Shown one piece after another: positions 1 through 20,724 of a DNA stretch of 64,000 nt; position 1 is the first letter of the stretch; each line of letters starts with the position of its first letter. Source of the DNA: Macrostomum lignano (lineage: Eukaryota); contig NIVC01001840.1 of NCBI GenBank assembly GCA_002269645.1, forward strand, positions 62,001-126,000, given 5' to 3'. The notes beneath the pieces were generated by a model. It did not search any database. It worked only from the letters and a program-made list of their open reading frames with translations, and was not told the DNA's origin. The translations under genes were made by a program, and so were the position numbers.

Positions 1-450
1 CACTGTCTAACAGGTGACACACACACTGTCTAACAGGTGACACACACTGTCTAACAGGTGACACACACTGTCTAACAGGTGACACACACTGTCTAACAGG
101 TGACACACACTGTCTAACAGGTGACACACACTGTCTAACAGGTGACACATACTGTCTAACAGGTGACACTGTCGAACAGGTGACACTCACGAACAGGTGA
201 CACTCACTATCTAACAGGTGACACACACTGTCTAGCAGGTGACACACGCTGTCTAACAGTTGACACGGTCGAACAGGTAACACACACTGTCGAACAGGTG
301 ACACTCACTGTCTAACAGGTGACACTATCTAACAGGTGAAACACACTATCTAACAGGTGACACACACTGCCTAACAGGTGACACACACTGTCTAACAGGT
401 GACACACACTGTCTAACAGGTGACACATACTGTCTAACAGGTGACACTGT
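1..450. repeat. 23-bp tandem repeat (cacacactgtctaacaggtgaca), truncated by window start
   Basis: Direct periodicity, degenerating toward 450. Confidence 0.95.
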
Positions 451-799
451 CCAACAAAATGACAAGCTCTCTTATTCCAGTTTTTAAGTTGAAATTCAAT
501 AATTCCCGAAAACGAGGCTGCGTGTCCCGTCAGACAAAATCCGAAGTTGCCCTTGGCAAGCATATTTACATGCTTCTTTCCTGCCTTACCTGTCAATCAA
601 CTAAAAGTTAATAAGACTTCAGGAGTTATCTCCGTGACTTGATGCCCACCGAAATCTTTTTAATCGCTTAAAAACGGAAACGTCAAAAAAAGTTGTTCTA
701 TTTTCTTTTAAATGAATCTGAAAAAAGCTACTCGTATGTTCCAGGTTCCGTGTTAGTTTGGTTTCTTCTGAGGTCTATAGTTAGTGCCATTATTCATGT

Positions 800-2010
800 T
801 TTACACTAAAAAACTGTTATTAGTGCCATTATTAGCATCCACAGTGCCATTATGAACATCGATAGTGCCATTATCGATATGGATAGTGCCATTATTAGCA
901 TGGATAGTGCAATTATCAACATGGATAGTTTCATTATCAGCATGAATGGTGCCAATAATCGCATCGATAGTGCCATTATCAGCATGAATAGTGGCCATTA
1001 TCAGCATCGATAGTGCTATTATCAGCATCGATAGTGCCATTATCAGCATCGATAGTGCCATTATCAGCATCGATAGTGCCATTATCAGCATGAATAGTGG
1101 CCATTATCAGCATCGATAGTGCCATTATCAGCATCGATAGTGCCATTATCAGCATCGATAGTGCCATTATCAGCATCGATAGTGCCATTATCAGCATGAA
1201 TAGTGGCCATTATCAGCATCGATAGTGCTATTATCAGCATCGATAGTGCCATTATCAGCATCGATAGTGCCATTATCAGCATCGATAGTGCCATTATCAG
1301 CATCGATAGTGCCATTATCAGCATGAATAGTGGCCATTATCAGCATCGATAGTGCTATTATCAGCATCGATAGTGCCATTATCAGCATCGATAGTGCCAT
1401 TATCAGCATCGATAGTGCCATTATCAGCATGAATAGTGGCCATTATCAGCATCGATAGTGCCATTATCAGCATCGATAGTGCCATTATCAGCATCGATAG
1501 TGCCATTATCAGCATCGATAGTGCCATTATCAGCATCGATAGTGCCATTATCAGCATCGATAGTGCCATTATCAGCATCGATAGTGCCATTATCAGCATC
1601 GATAGTGCCATTATCAGCATGAATAGTGGCCATTATCAGCATCGATAGTGCTATTATCAGCATCGATAGTGCCATTATCAGCATCGATAGTGGCCATTAT
1701 CAGCATCGATAGTGCCATTATCAGCATGAATAGTGGCCATTATCAGCATCGATAGTGCTATTATCAGCATCGATAGTGCCATTATCAGCATCGATAGTGC
1801 CATTATCAGCATCGATAGTGCCATTATCAGCATCGATAGTGCCATTATCAGCATCGATAGTGCCATTATCAGCATCGATAGTGCCATTATCAGCATCGAT
1901 AGTGCCATTATCAGCATCGATAGTGCCATTATCAGCATCGATAGTGCCATTATCAGCATCGATAGTGCCATTATTAGCATCTTTAGTGCCATTATTAACA
2001 TCGATGGCAG
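800..2010. repeat. 21-bp minisatellite (gatagtgccattatcagcatc) with interspersed 22-bp variants
   Basis: Direct periodicity; source of the MLIMALS/ADNGTID ORFs. Confidence 0.95.
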
Positions 2011-2411
2011 TGCCATTATTAGCTATAATGTTATCACAGGCGGCAGAATTGATATCTCTGATTATTTTTTCGTTTTATCAGCCATTAGACATTCAAGCGC
2101 GTGGAAACTGCTTTTTCCAAATTTGGCACTGAATTTCTGCCAAACAAAATTTCCTCACCAAAACGGCATGAGCAGTCGCATTGTCACCCACCGGAGCAGG
2201 AAAAGCTGCAAACGTAATTCAATTGATTCGCAGAGGTGGACCGCTTTTCCATCGAGGAACTGATCGTCTCTGATTCTAGGGAACCGTGCAATTTTTTGGG
2301 TGCCAAGGAACGCCATTAGGCAAAATTGTCATCTATCACTTTCCGCATCGAATATCAAATCTCATGAGAAGCAGGCAACAGTTTTAGTAAGGGCGAGGCG
2401 ACAACGGCGGG

Positions 2412-2726
2412 TTGCTGAGGCTGTTGCACTTTTGTTTGCGCCAGCTGCGCCTAGTCGCTCTGCTGGTTGCTAGGCAACTGCCCGAGGTGAGGCTGGAGCC
2501 CCGCCTGGCCAAGCGTCGGTCCGCCCTCATCACCTACGTTAAGCGGCCGCCGCCTCCGCCACCGCCGCCGTCGACGTCGCGCTTCGACCGAGGAGGCTTC
2601 GACTCGAGCAGACTCGGGCAGGGGGGAGGAACTGCGAGCGGAGGTGGCACAGTCAACGGCTGCGGCTTCTGCGTTGCCGTGGCAACTGTTCACCTGTTTG
2701 TGGTTGCTAGGGCAATGGTAGCTTAG
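2412..2726 (+). other. GC-rich open segment, possible exon of an unidentified gene (RQLPEVRLEPRLAKRRSALITYVKRPPPPPPPP...); duplicate at 7410-7724
   Basis: GC-rich and open like true exons in this window, but no recognisable family and no splice path established. Confidence 0.25.
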
Positions 2727-3330
2727 CAACAACCGGTTCTTACTTGGTTGAAACAACTGTTTTGAAACAATTGTTTATACTTTGTTTCTATGGCAATTGT
2801 GGCTTAGCAAAAACCGTTTCTTACTTTGTTGCTATGGCAATAATGGTAGCTTAGCGACAACCGGTTTTTACTTTGTTGCTACGGCAATGGTTGCTTAGCA
2901 ACAACCGGTTCTTACTTAGTTGCTTTGGCAATGGTTGCTTAGCAACAACCGATTCTTACTTGGTTGCTTTGGCAATAGTAGCTTAGCAAAAACCGGTTCT
3001 TACTTGGTTGCTATGGCAATAGTGGCTTAGCCACAACCAGTTTTACTTTGTTGCTATGGCAATTGTTTGCGTAGCAACAACCGGTTCTTAATTGGTTGCT
3101 ATGGCAATGGTAGCTTAGCGACAACAGGTTTTTACTTTGTTGCTACGGCAACGGTTGCATAGCAACAACCGGTTCTTGCTTGGTTGCTTTGGCAATGGTT
3201 GCTTAGCAACAACCGGTTCTTACTTGGTTGCTTTGGCAATGGTTGCTTAGCAACAACCGGTTCTTACTTAGTTGCTTTGGCAATGGTTGCTTAGCAACAA
3301 CCGATTCTTACTTGGTTGCTTTGGCAATGG
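2700..3330. repeat. ~44-bp minisatellite (ggttgcttagcaacaaccggttcttacttggttgctttggcaat)
   Basis: Direct periodicity, about 13 degenerate units; duplicate at 7700-8330. Confidence 0.9.
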
Positions 3331-3650
3331 TTTTTTATCAATGGTGTATTGTTGAACTCGTTGCGGTTTCGTGGAGACTTGAGAGATGCAGACTCGTTGC
3401 GATGGCAATGGTTGCTTGACAACGACGCTACTGATAGCGGTTATGATAGAGAATGCTCTTCGGGTGCAAAGCTCTATTTGATCAGAAAATTGCCAAAGTC
3501 GAAATATTTTACTATTTTTGATTGGTTTCTAAATTTCTTGTATATCCTTTTGTTATGTCTGCTTCAGATGGACAGAGCTTCTAATAAAAATAATTCAACA
3601 TGATAAAACTAGCAGTTTCAGTCTGTTCAGGGGGCTGTAGCCCAGTGGGG

Positions 3651-3950
3651 GGGGGGTTGTAGCCTAGTGGTCAGAGCGTCGGACTCACGGCTTGAAGGTC
3701 GAGGGTTCGATTCCCGATCCCACTCGGAACAATTTGTGTCCTTGAGCAAGACACTTAACTCTGCATTGCTTCAGTTCACCTAGCGATAAAATGGGTGCCA
3801 GCATTAGCTGGGGTAATTGAGGGTGTGTGTGGTGACCCCCCCAGTCCTTGGACTGAACAGCCGTACGCAGCCTTCAGATGCGCCGCGCAATAGCTGCGGC
3901 TGAGCTGTCGGTTGCACATCTGGCCCAATTCGGGCAGGTGTAATCAATTA
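3651..3950 (+). mobile_element. tRNA-derived SINE with CORE-like domain
   Basis: A box TAGCCTAGTGG (3660-3670), B box GGTTCGATTCC (3704-3714), then gtgtccttgagcaagacacttaac...aaaatggg (3736-3795) resembling the MIR/CORE consensus. Confidence 0.7.
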
Positions 3951-4597
3951 TTTTTTTTACAATTAGTCAGTTCCAAATCTCATATTAAGTCGGTTAGAGT
4001 AAAAGTCACAAGAAGCAGTTATGACGTAATCAATTTCTCAGTCAGTCAGTATCAGTCTTCATAAAAGTTAACAACGTCGTTTAACCTCAAGTTCATAGTC
4101 GAAAAGTTCTGCTTGACCATTGCAAAAAGAGCATGTTTCTCGAATATTCAATCCCCTAATTAGCATCGATACTATATTCTTAGAGACGATACATATGAAC
4201 TGTCACAGGAAAATTTTTGATAGAACAGTGCAAGTTTTATGAAAATCGGTTGAGACGTTTTTTCTGGAATCAATCACATAGGTGACTCATTTTTGTTTAG
4301 TGGACTTGTTGCTATGACAACCTAAGCCACTATTGCCATAAATGGAATTGATTCTTCAGGAAAAGCAAGCGGTAATTTTAGTACGTATTTAGTATATAGG
4401 AAATCTCATAACTGACGCGCTTACGTCAAATCTGTTGAGTTTGCGTGCTGTAAAACACGAAGGACAATGTGACTCGCCTCATGTAACATTTAATGGGCAA
4501 ACTGTCTTTGAGCACTGCTCTTCAGGCAGACTTTGACTTTGGCTCTGGCGATTTGATACTTTTTAGCCTTCCACGCAACCATTGCTAAAATCATTAA

Positions 4598-4625
4598 TTA
4601 GTTAGCCAGATAGTTAGATAGTTAT

Positions 4626-4661
<36 letters not shown>

Positions 4662-4674
4662 CTAGTTAGTTAGC

Positions 4675-4709
<35 letters not shown>

Positions 4710-4740
4710 CTAGTTAGTTAGCTAGTTAGTTAGCTAGTTG

Positions 4741-4793
<53 letters not shown>

Positions 4794-4821
4794 CTAGTTA
4801 GTTAGTTAGTTAGATAGTTAT

Positions 4822-4885
<64 letters not shown>

Positions 4886-4886
4886 C

Positions 4887-4981
<95 letters not shown>

Positions 4982-4986
4982 ATAGC

Positions 4987-5061
<75 letters not shown>

Positions 5062-5106
5062 CTAGTTAGTTAGCTAGTTAGTTAGTTAGTTAGTTAGTTA
5101 GCTAGC

Positions 5107-5164
<58 letters not shown>

Positions 5165-5310
5165 TTGGTTAGTTAGTTAGCTAGTTAGTTAGTAGTTTAG
5201 TAAGTAGTTAATTAGTTAATTAGTTAATTAGTTAGTAAATCAATTATTCAGTTAGTTATTCCGTCAGTCAGTTAGTTATTTAGTTAGTTAGTTACTTAGT
5301 TAGTTACCTT
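4598..5310. repeat. (TTAG)n microsatellite with CTAG interruptions
   Basis: Direct; duplicate at 9596-10305. Confidence 0.97.
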
Positions 5311-5929
5311 GCCATGGACAACCATCTGATTTACGCGTCCCAATAGTTTTAATGGTCCTTGCAGGAATTGTAAGAAAACCGTCACTATAAACTGCTATTC
5401 GCAGTGCTAAAAAACAAAGATACCTTTGTTTGCAAGCAGCTGCTCAACAGGTTATCAAAGCAATCGGTCTTAAAGGAACCTAAACTAAGTTGAAATGACT
5501 GAGAAGCAACGTGTTGTTGCTTCAAAAAAAGCTCATTTTTTATTAAAGAGACCGATTTATCGCAAGCAAGCAGAAATGCCACATTTGCGCTGCTATAAGC
5601 AAGCGTGATTTCTGTAGCCCATGACAAGTGGCCTCTTCAAGGCCTCTTAGTGAGCAGTTCACTCACAGTGTGTTTTTTAGCGATTCTCCCAATTTTGGCT
5701 TGGGCATGCACCCAACCTCTCTGAATTTGAGCATCATCCTTCTCTCGGGCAGCAGCCAATGACTACCTATCTTCAATTTTCAGTAACATCGCATAAAATC
5801 TGCTTTGCCATCCTCACTTTTCCTTCTGCTGCTTTTGTTCTTCGCAAGGATCCTTGACGGGAATATCTAGGAATAAAACAAATTTCACAGCTAGGTAAGA
5901 CTGCGTTTGTTGGATCTTGCATATACTGT

Positions 5930-6220
5930 GATTGGCGCCCCTTGGTGCTGGCGCCCCTTGGTGCTGGCGCCCCTTGGTGCTGGCGCCCCTTGGTGCTGGC
6001 GCCCCTTGGTGCTGGCGCCCCTTGGTGCTGGCGCCCCTTGGTGCTGGCGCCCCTTGGTGCTGGCGCCCCTTGGTGCTGGCGCCCCTTGGTGCTGGCGCCC
6101 CTTGGTGCCGGAAAAAAATGGTGCCCCACAATGGCGCCCCGTAATGGCGCCCCACAATGCCCCCCCACAATGCCCCCCCACAATGGCGCCCCCCATAAAG
6201 CCCCCACAATGGCGCCCCGT
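5930..6220. repeat. 16-bp repeat (tggcgccccttggtgc) followed by 14-15-bp ccccacaatggcg repeats
   Basis: Direct periodicity; cut abruptly at the 6220/6221 duplication junction. Confidence 0.9.
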
Positions 6221-11212
<4,992 letters not shown>

Positions 11213-11644
11213 CACAATGGCGCCCCCCACAATGGCGCCCCCCACAATGCCCTCCACAATGGCGCCCCCCATAAAGCCCTCCACAATGGCGCCCCACAAT
11301 GGCGCCCCACAATGCCCTCCCACAATGGCGCCCCACAATGGCGCCCCACAATGTCCTCCCACAATGGCGTCCCCCACAATGGCGCCCCACAATGCCCTCC
11401 CACAATGGCGTCCCCCACAATGGCGCCCCCCACAATGCCCCCCACAATGGCGCCCCCCACAATGCCCCCCACAATGGCGCCCCACAATGGCGCCCCCATA
11501 ATGCCGCTTCAATAAAGAATCCTGGCTACACGTAATATTTTTAAATCAAGAAACCGGACACCAACCCGCATCCATTGCTGCTGGGAAGCAATTAACGTCA
11601 ATCAGTGATGCTGGCCACCCTGTTCAGGTTAAAACGGACTGCAA

Positions 11645-13975
<2,331 letters not shown>

Positions 13976-14367
13976 GCAACCCGGACTCAATCTGGAATCT
14001 GCAGGACAAAGAGACTGAAAAAACGCATCAAATGAATACTAAGAAACGGACAAGATGTCGCTAGCAGCTACTTACAAAAGCCAAGTAGCATAGAAGGCAT
14101 ATAATAAAGCACTGTTGTTACTCAAATTTATTCTCTCTAACTAATAAACTACGGACCTTTTCGGTTTCAGCAATAAAAAACTGTTAATTCAAGATATATT
14201 CTACCTTTTTGCTCTACTTAAAGTAGCACAGTGCGGACTTGATTTTTATTCCTTTTTTAAGACAAGCCATTTGCAATGTAAACAAAGCACTAAACTTCAT
14301 CGCCTCATTTCAGCGACCGCAAAACGAATCCTCTGAAGGACAAAGATACTCGATTTCTAAGAAAAAT

Positions 14368-15272
14368 ATGATGCATCAACCAACTCGACAGATGCCACTG
14401 CTGCCTCTGCTGCTGCTGCTGCTGTCACTGCTGCTTATGGCCAGTTCTGCTGACGGCTTCCGAATTGATGGACAGCTGCATGAGGGCCCGGTTTTCAAGT
14501 GAGGCTTTGAATCCTGGGGTCTCTAGTCAAACAGTTTTTCTAGGCAGCCTCTCAAATCAATTCGAATTTTCGAACTTCAGCGCATTCCAACGCAGCCAGC
14601 GGGGCAACACAGAGACGGACCGGCTGCTGGCCCAGCTGAATGACCTCATCGAGCAGGAGAGGTTTCTGCGGTACCGCATCAGGTGACTCTGGTGTATCTT
14701 ATAACTCATATCTCATATCTTATATCTCATATCTCATATCTTAATATCTCGTATCTCATATCTCATATCTCATATCTTTTACCTCATATCTCATATCTCA
14801 TATCTTAATATCTCGTATCTCATATCTCATATCTCATATATTTTACCTCAAATCTCGCATCCTCACATATTATACCTCTTATCTAATTCTCACATCTCAT
14901 TTCTCATATCTCATTTCTCATTTCTCATTTCTCATATCTCATTTCTCATATCTCATATGATATCACAACCACTCATACCCTCTCACATCTTTTCATACCC
15001 TCTCACACATTTTCATAACCTCTCACCCACTCACACTCTCACACCCTCGCACGTACTTATAGGAAGAGAAGTAATAGATCGTCTGAGAAAGCCTGAGAGG
15101 ATCTGAGAGGGTCTGAGAGAGTGTGAGAGGCTGAGAGAGTGTGAGAGGCTGAGAGAGTGTGAGCTTACTTTCCAAATCCTCTTTCATCCCCTCGTTCACC
15201 TGCACTGTGCGTGTCAATTGTACACCTCAAATTTACTCGTACACCCCACACTTAACTTGCAGAATGGGATAA
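14368..15272 (+). CDS. Secreted neuropeptide precursor 2, paralog of precursor 1, predicted -YRIRM-amide (80 aa, 3 exons)
   Basis: Exons 14368-14498, 14581-14682, 15263-15272, GT-AG, phase 2/2. MMHQPTRQMPLLPLLLLLLSLLLMASSADG signal; RSQR site; GNTETDRLLAQLNDLIEQERFLRYRIRMG-stop; last exon cag|A ATG GGA TAA mirrors gene 1 (cag|A ATG GGC TGA). Confidence 0.85.
14700..14960. repeat. 7-bp repeat (atatctc/atttctc) in intron 2 of neuropeptide gene 2
   Basis: Direct periodicity. Confidence 0.9.
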
Positions 15273-15624
15273 AAATGTTCGTTAAACTTTGCAGAGCTGC
15301 TAAAACAAACATCCAAATGACAATGGCAAACAGAATCTTATATTTGAATTGGCGCGAAAAACTTTTATCGTGAAACGGCTTCGTTACAGAAATGAATTTG
15401 TCTTGTCTGGAATTCAACAGGCATACTTGCCAGAATAATTATCTCAGCCTGTATTTTGCAAGACTTTTTGACAATCCTATTTTGCCAGCTTATTGCCATA
15501 GTCTATACGATCTCATATTGGTATGTAAATCATTGAGAAGGTTGACAATTACAAATAAACACTTTTATTGAAGATGGCAGGTAAATCCTCTTCAAAATTT
15601 TGCAATATTCTTTGCCTATTTTAT

Positions 15625-16370
15625 GCAGGGATGCAGGGAGAGAGATGAGAGCAAACAGAGGGATGTAGGGAGAGAGATGAGAGCAAACAGAGGGATGCAG
15701 GGAGAGAGATGAGAGCAAGCAGAGGGATGTAGGGAGAGAGATGAGAGCAAACAGAGGGATGTAGGGAGAGAGATGAGAGCAAACAGAGGGATGCAGGGAG
15801 AGAGGTGAGAGCAAACAGAGGGATGTAGGGAGAGAGATGAGAGCAAACAGAGGGATGTAGGGAGAGAGATGAGAGCAAACAGAGGGATGTAGGGAGAGAG
15901 ATGAGAGCAAACAGAGGGATGTAGGGAGAGAGATGAGAGCAAGCAGAGGGATGTAGGGTGAGAGATGAGAGCAAACAGAGGGATGCAGGGAGAGAGATAA
16001 GAGCAAGAAGAGGAGAGATGAGAGTAAGCAGAGGAGAGATGAGAGTAAGCAGAGGAGAGATGAGAGCAAGCAGAGGAGAGATGAGAGTAAGCAGAGAAGA
16101 GATGAGAGCAAGCAGAGGAGAGATGAGAGCAAGCAGAGGAGAGATGAGAGCAAGCAGAGGAGAGATGAGAGCAAGCAGAGGAGAGATGAGAGCAAGCAGA
16201 GGAGAGATGAGAGTAAGCAGAGGAGAAATGAGAGCAAGCAAAGGAGCGATGAGAGCAAGCAGAGGAGAGATGAGAGCAAGCAAAGGAGCGATGAGAGCAA
16301 GCAAAGGAGAGATGAGAGCAAGCAAAGGAGAGATGAGAGCAAGCAGAGGAGCGATGAGAGTTATTGCAAA
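15625..16370. repeat. Purine-rich 32-bp minisatellite grading into a related 21-bp unit
   Basis: agagggatgtagggagagagatgagagcaaac, then gcagaggagagatgagagcaa. Confidence 0.93.
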
Positions 16371-16917
16371 CGATATTAAGAGATGCCTCATATGAGCCCA
16401 GAAAACTGCGTATTCGTATTTGCACGGACACAAAAACACTGCAAAACTTTTTAAAAGTATGCTCCGAGTATAGAAATTCCAACATCACAAATCATGACAG
16501 AGGCTGCAGCTGAGTAAATATGTTTTTCAGTTTTTCGATTATATAAATAGTTAATGAGAAACACGCATTAGAGTCTGCGGTAAACATCCATTTTGAGCAG
16601 AGGCTTGGCAGTTCATTCTCATGTGACGCGCATAGAAAACCCTTCAGCTACTGTTGTTGGCTGTCTCTGGCTGTTCTGTATTTTTTTCTCCTCACAACCT
16701 TGAGTCTGGGCATTTGGCTACACCCCTGGCCATGTAAGAAGACTCAACGCCCAGTAAACAGGCGCTCTCCGTATTACGTACGCGATATCTGCTTTCTGTT
16801 TTCGCATTTCTGCAACCTTAGTGTGTACAGGCCTCTCTCCCTGAGTGTTTTGAACTATTTTTAGCCAGAGATTCTGAGGACAACACGCGGTAGGGTGGGG
16901 GCGGAGAGCAGAGCACA

Positions 16918-17286
16918 ATGGAATTTGTAAGCAAGCCAGGAATTTTAGGGTGACCCTAATGATGTTTTCTCTGAGTAACTTCTCTAAACCCGTTTAAGGT
17001 CATGAACCATCGCCTATAAATATAGCCAGAGGGCTGCAGAAGATTGTCCCCAATAGGTGAACTCAAAACAAGAGCCAAAACATTTTAAAGGTCTCCAAAC
17101 AGCACTCAGGTGGACTGCAGAATGCAGCGAGCAAGACGCAGCTCCATCGTTTCCACGAGCAGCGGCAGCTCCAACGCCGGCTCGCATCGGCGTCGCAGCT
17201 CCGTGTCGTCGTTGAACCTGCCGACGCAGCCACCGACGCAGGCGGCGCACTGTCGGCCGTTCCTCACTCAGCGACGTCGAGGCAGT

Positions 17287-17321
<35 letters not shown>

Positions 17322-17865
17322 CCCGGACAGTCTGTCATCGATCAGCGAGTCGGACAAGCCGACACTCGAACTGGCCGCCTACGCCAGCGAAGAGTTTGTC
17401 AACGCAATGCGCGAGGCGGCCGCCTCGAAGTTCACGGTGGTGCCGAGCAGGCAGCTGCCGCCGCATCTGCGCCGGATGTCGGAGCCGCTGGTCGGTGGCC
17501 GGCGCCAGAGCACCTCGCTGGCCTCGGAGCGCCGGCACTCCGTCCACGACCTGGTGGACGGGCCGCCGGTTGCTTTCCTATCCAAGAAGAGCCACTTTGG
17601 CTCGGCCGATTCCGGCCACTTGTCCAGCTTTGCCGAACTGGACGAAGCTCTCGAGTCGGACGCGATGGCCGAGGTTGAAGCGGCTGAGACTGCTCGGGAG
17701 ACTGCTCGATCGCTGTGGCAGCAACCGGCCTCGTCGACAACAGCAACAGTTGGCAGTCAGCTGTCAGCGAATGCTTCAACAGCTACGATTGGAGGCGCTG
17801 GCGGGCGTTCGAGTCGAGGTCAGAGACGCAAGGTGTCCATCGACTCGGCCGTTTGCATGTACTGA
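16918..17865 (+). CDS. Uncharacterised, probably disordered Ser/Arg/Gln-rich protein (~254 aa)
   Basis: GC-rich open exon 17110-17865 after acceptor cactcag|; candidate first micro-exon ATG GAA TTT|gtaagc (16918-16926) is in phase (MEFVDCRMQ...). Poly-Q11 and seven R[RK]xS motifs. The 5' exon is tentative. Confidence 0.65.
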
Positions 17866-17939
17866 AGCCGGCAGCTCCGCAATGGCTGACATTGTGGTGT
17901 GGGCCCTTTGCTGGGAGTAGAATACAGGATTGCGATTAG

Positions 17940-18145
17940 TAAAGTAGAGTTTAGAGCTTATAGACAGTATATGGTTTAGAGCTTATAGACAGTATATGGT
18001 TTAGAGCTTATAGACAGTATAGAGTTTAGAGCTTATAGACAGTATAGAGTTTAGAGCTTATAGACAGTATAGGGTTTAGAGCTTATAGACAGTATAGGGT
18101 TTAGAGCTTATAGACAGTATATGGGACAGAGCTTATAGAAAGTAG
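17940..18145. repeat. 25-bp tandem repeat (tttagagcttatagacagtatatgg)
   Basis: Direct periodicity. Confidence 0.9.
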
Positions 18146-19034
18146 AGTGAAGTTCTAGGTGATTATCTTACGCGCGCCTTTTATAATTAATAAATACACT
18201 TATATAACATTAAATCATAGAGATTATGTTTACCGTTGAAAATACTATGAAATACTTTTAAAAGCCGCCTTTCAACTCAAGACTGCTGCTATACCGCATG
18301 AGTTCGCGCCTAATTCGCTTTGCTTGCACCGCCACTTTTGCCACTCTTATGGACAATATAGTGTCATTTTCATCTGCGTTCTACCCTTTTATCCCACTGT
18401 TTCTTCTGTTTCATATCCTAAATTCAAATAAACAGTTGAGCGCAAATCGAATTTACTAATGGTCTCTAAGAATTTTCAACCGGAAAAATTGGAATCTTTT
18501 TAGTAAATTTGAACTAGCAATCTAGTGCCCCCCCCTTCCGGGGCGGCCAATAAGCAAGGTATAAAAAGTATAAAAAGCTATAAAAGCTATAAAACGTACT
18601 TTCATTTGTTAAAATGAAAGTACATTTCTTAAAAAGCATTCCTTCTTTCAGTTTTATAAATCACCTTATTTGAGTAAAATTGTCAGGGACTAAGATCTTT
18701 GCTGTAAATCTATATCTTTTTATAAAAAAACAAATACACACAATAAAACAAAGCAGTAAGCATTCCCTCCAATAGTAAACAACCCCTGAAATCAAGCAAT
18801 CCCCACTCTCAGAATTCTAGATATTAGCCTACATAAATAATAGGCATTGATCCCATTTGGATCGATAGCAGCTGCTTGCAAGAGTATCCTGCAGTTTGAT
18901 CAAGCATTTGCTCTTCTTGTGAACATATTATATTTTAACCATAGACAAACGTACAAGTAAAATTGGGCCATTACAAATTAACAAGGCGCAGTCGCTCACA
19001 GTAAATTTACTCAGCTTTAGGTCCCGCCGGTCTT

Positions 19035-19535
19035 CTAGTCTATGGTTAATTTATCTATGAGAGCAATTGCTTTCCCGGTCTTGTAGTCTATGGTTAATTT
19101 ATCTATGAGAGCAATTGCTTTTCCGGTCATGTAGTCTATGGTTAATTTATCTATGAGAGCAATTGCTTTCCCGGTCTTGTAGTCTATGGTTAATTTATCT
19201 ATGAGAGCAATTGCTTTCCCGGTCTTGTAGTCTATGGTTAATTTATCTATGAGAGCAATTGCTTTTCCGGTCATGTAGTCTATGGTTAATTTATCTATGA
19301 GAGCAATTGCTTTCCCGGTCTTGTAGTCTATGGTTAATTTATCTATGAGAGCAATTGCTTTCCCGGTCTTGTAGTCTATGGTTAATTTATCTATGAGAGC
19401 AATTGCTTTCCCGGTCATGTAGTCTATGGTTAATTTATCTATGAGAGCAATTGCTTTCCCGGTCTTGTAGTCTATGGTTAATTTATCTATGAGAGCAATT
19501 GCTTTCCTGGTCTTGTAGTCTATGGTTAATTTATC
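19035..19535. repeat. 48-bp tandem repeat, about 10 copies
   Basis: tagtctatggttaatttatctatgagagcaattgctttcccggtcttg; explains the ORF at 19035-19418. Confidence 0.95.
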
Positions 19536-19544
19536 AGAGCCATT

Positions 19545-20033
19545 GCTTTTGTCGTGCTATGTGGAGCAGTGGGCATGCAAAACGGAACGGTCCATTAGAA
19601 TTCTATTTGTCTAAGCGGTTGAATTAACTCGAGAAAGCAAGCCATAGACAACTCGATTTGTCATGCTATATGGAACGGTAAGCCAGAATAGAAGGGACGG
19701 TTTGAGTTATTCACAGAGACAAGACGCTTTCATTTTCTATCAGTTAATCGATTTAAGCTCTAATGGGTCCGCAAATTTCTGTACGCTATCGGCAGCGCAT
19801 CGTCGCCGCCTTGCACTGTGGACTGTGTGACATGTTCCGGGATTTATTAGGTTACATTCCAGAAAAGGGAGGAATTTAAGTGAGATAACGCATGCCTTTT
19901 TACGGTTTGTGGAGCCAATAGAACCCTAAAAGCCATGCTGGTATGCATTATCTTCTACTCAACCTCTTGGCCATAGAATTCTATAGGCCGTTCCGTTTTG
20001 CATGCCCACTGCTCCACATTGCACGACAAAAGC
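19545..20033. mobile_element. MITE-like non-autonomous element (~490 bp)
   Basis: 46-bp inverted repeats 19545-19590 and 19988-20033 (1 mismatch), extending imperfectly inward; no clear TSD. Confidence 0.65.
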
Positions 20034-20724
20034 TATACTAAAGGCTTTAAATGAGATGATAAAGCACGCCTTTCTGGACGCTATCTTCTACGTAGTGAAC
20101 GAGGTTACTGCATTATCTGTGTTAATCTTTCGTATCTTTTGACATTACCTTATAAAGTCTGCCATTCTAAGGATGTCGGTTTTTCCTGTAAGCGCTAGTG
20201 AATTTAGTACACCCCTGTGCGCCTACAGTGAGGTACTGATCAAGCATCAACACTATAGCAAGTCTCGTCGATCAAACAGTTTTATTCAATTTAAATGGTA
20301 ATTTTCCGTTTTCTAAAGTTTTCTTTCTACGAATATATTTAATCAGCAAGACAAAAAACTTTCTTTGCAAAAAGATTAACGAATATCCAAAAAATCATCT
20401 TGTTTCCGATTACTCTTTCCTTCAAATAAAAAAGGTTTACATGTATACGATCGTAAGAATTGTTTTGCAAAAAAATCGCTTGTTTTAACAGGGCTTATAC
20501 ATCGAACGTGTATATGAAATGATTTTCTAGACCTTCACGATTTCTTAAAAATAAGCAAACTCAGTCGTCCAATGTGTCAAAACTGGCCTTTTTGATTTAA
20601 GTAAACAGAATTTAGCCAGAGATTCTTCATCAACCCCTCGCTTCATTTTCGGACACTTAATTATAGACGTTTGCCTTGTTGGCGGCCGAGCTCGCGCTCT
20701 TCAACTTGACTGCCAGAAAGATGA

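Noticed and set aside
312-2016. ORFs such as MLIMALS, ADNGTID, HLLDSVC
   Set aside because: Stop-free translations of 21- and 23-bp tandem repeats.
2084-3603. Possible additional plus-strand exons (2084-2210, 3330-3460, 3568-3603)
   Set aside because: Acceptor-like sites exist but no consistent phase path or recognisable domain was found.
3655-3725. tRNA gene
   Set aside because: A and B boxes are present but continue into a CORE-like body, so it is a SINE head.
19035-19535. Regular 48-bp, 31-bp (22771) and 42-bp (62695) arrays as CRISPR-like
   Set aside because: Head-to-tail repeats without unique spacers; eukaryotic context, no cas genes.
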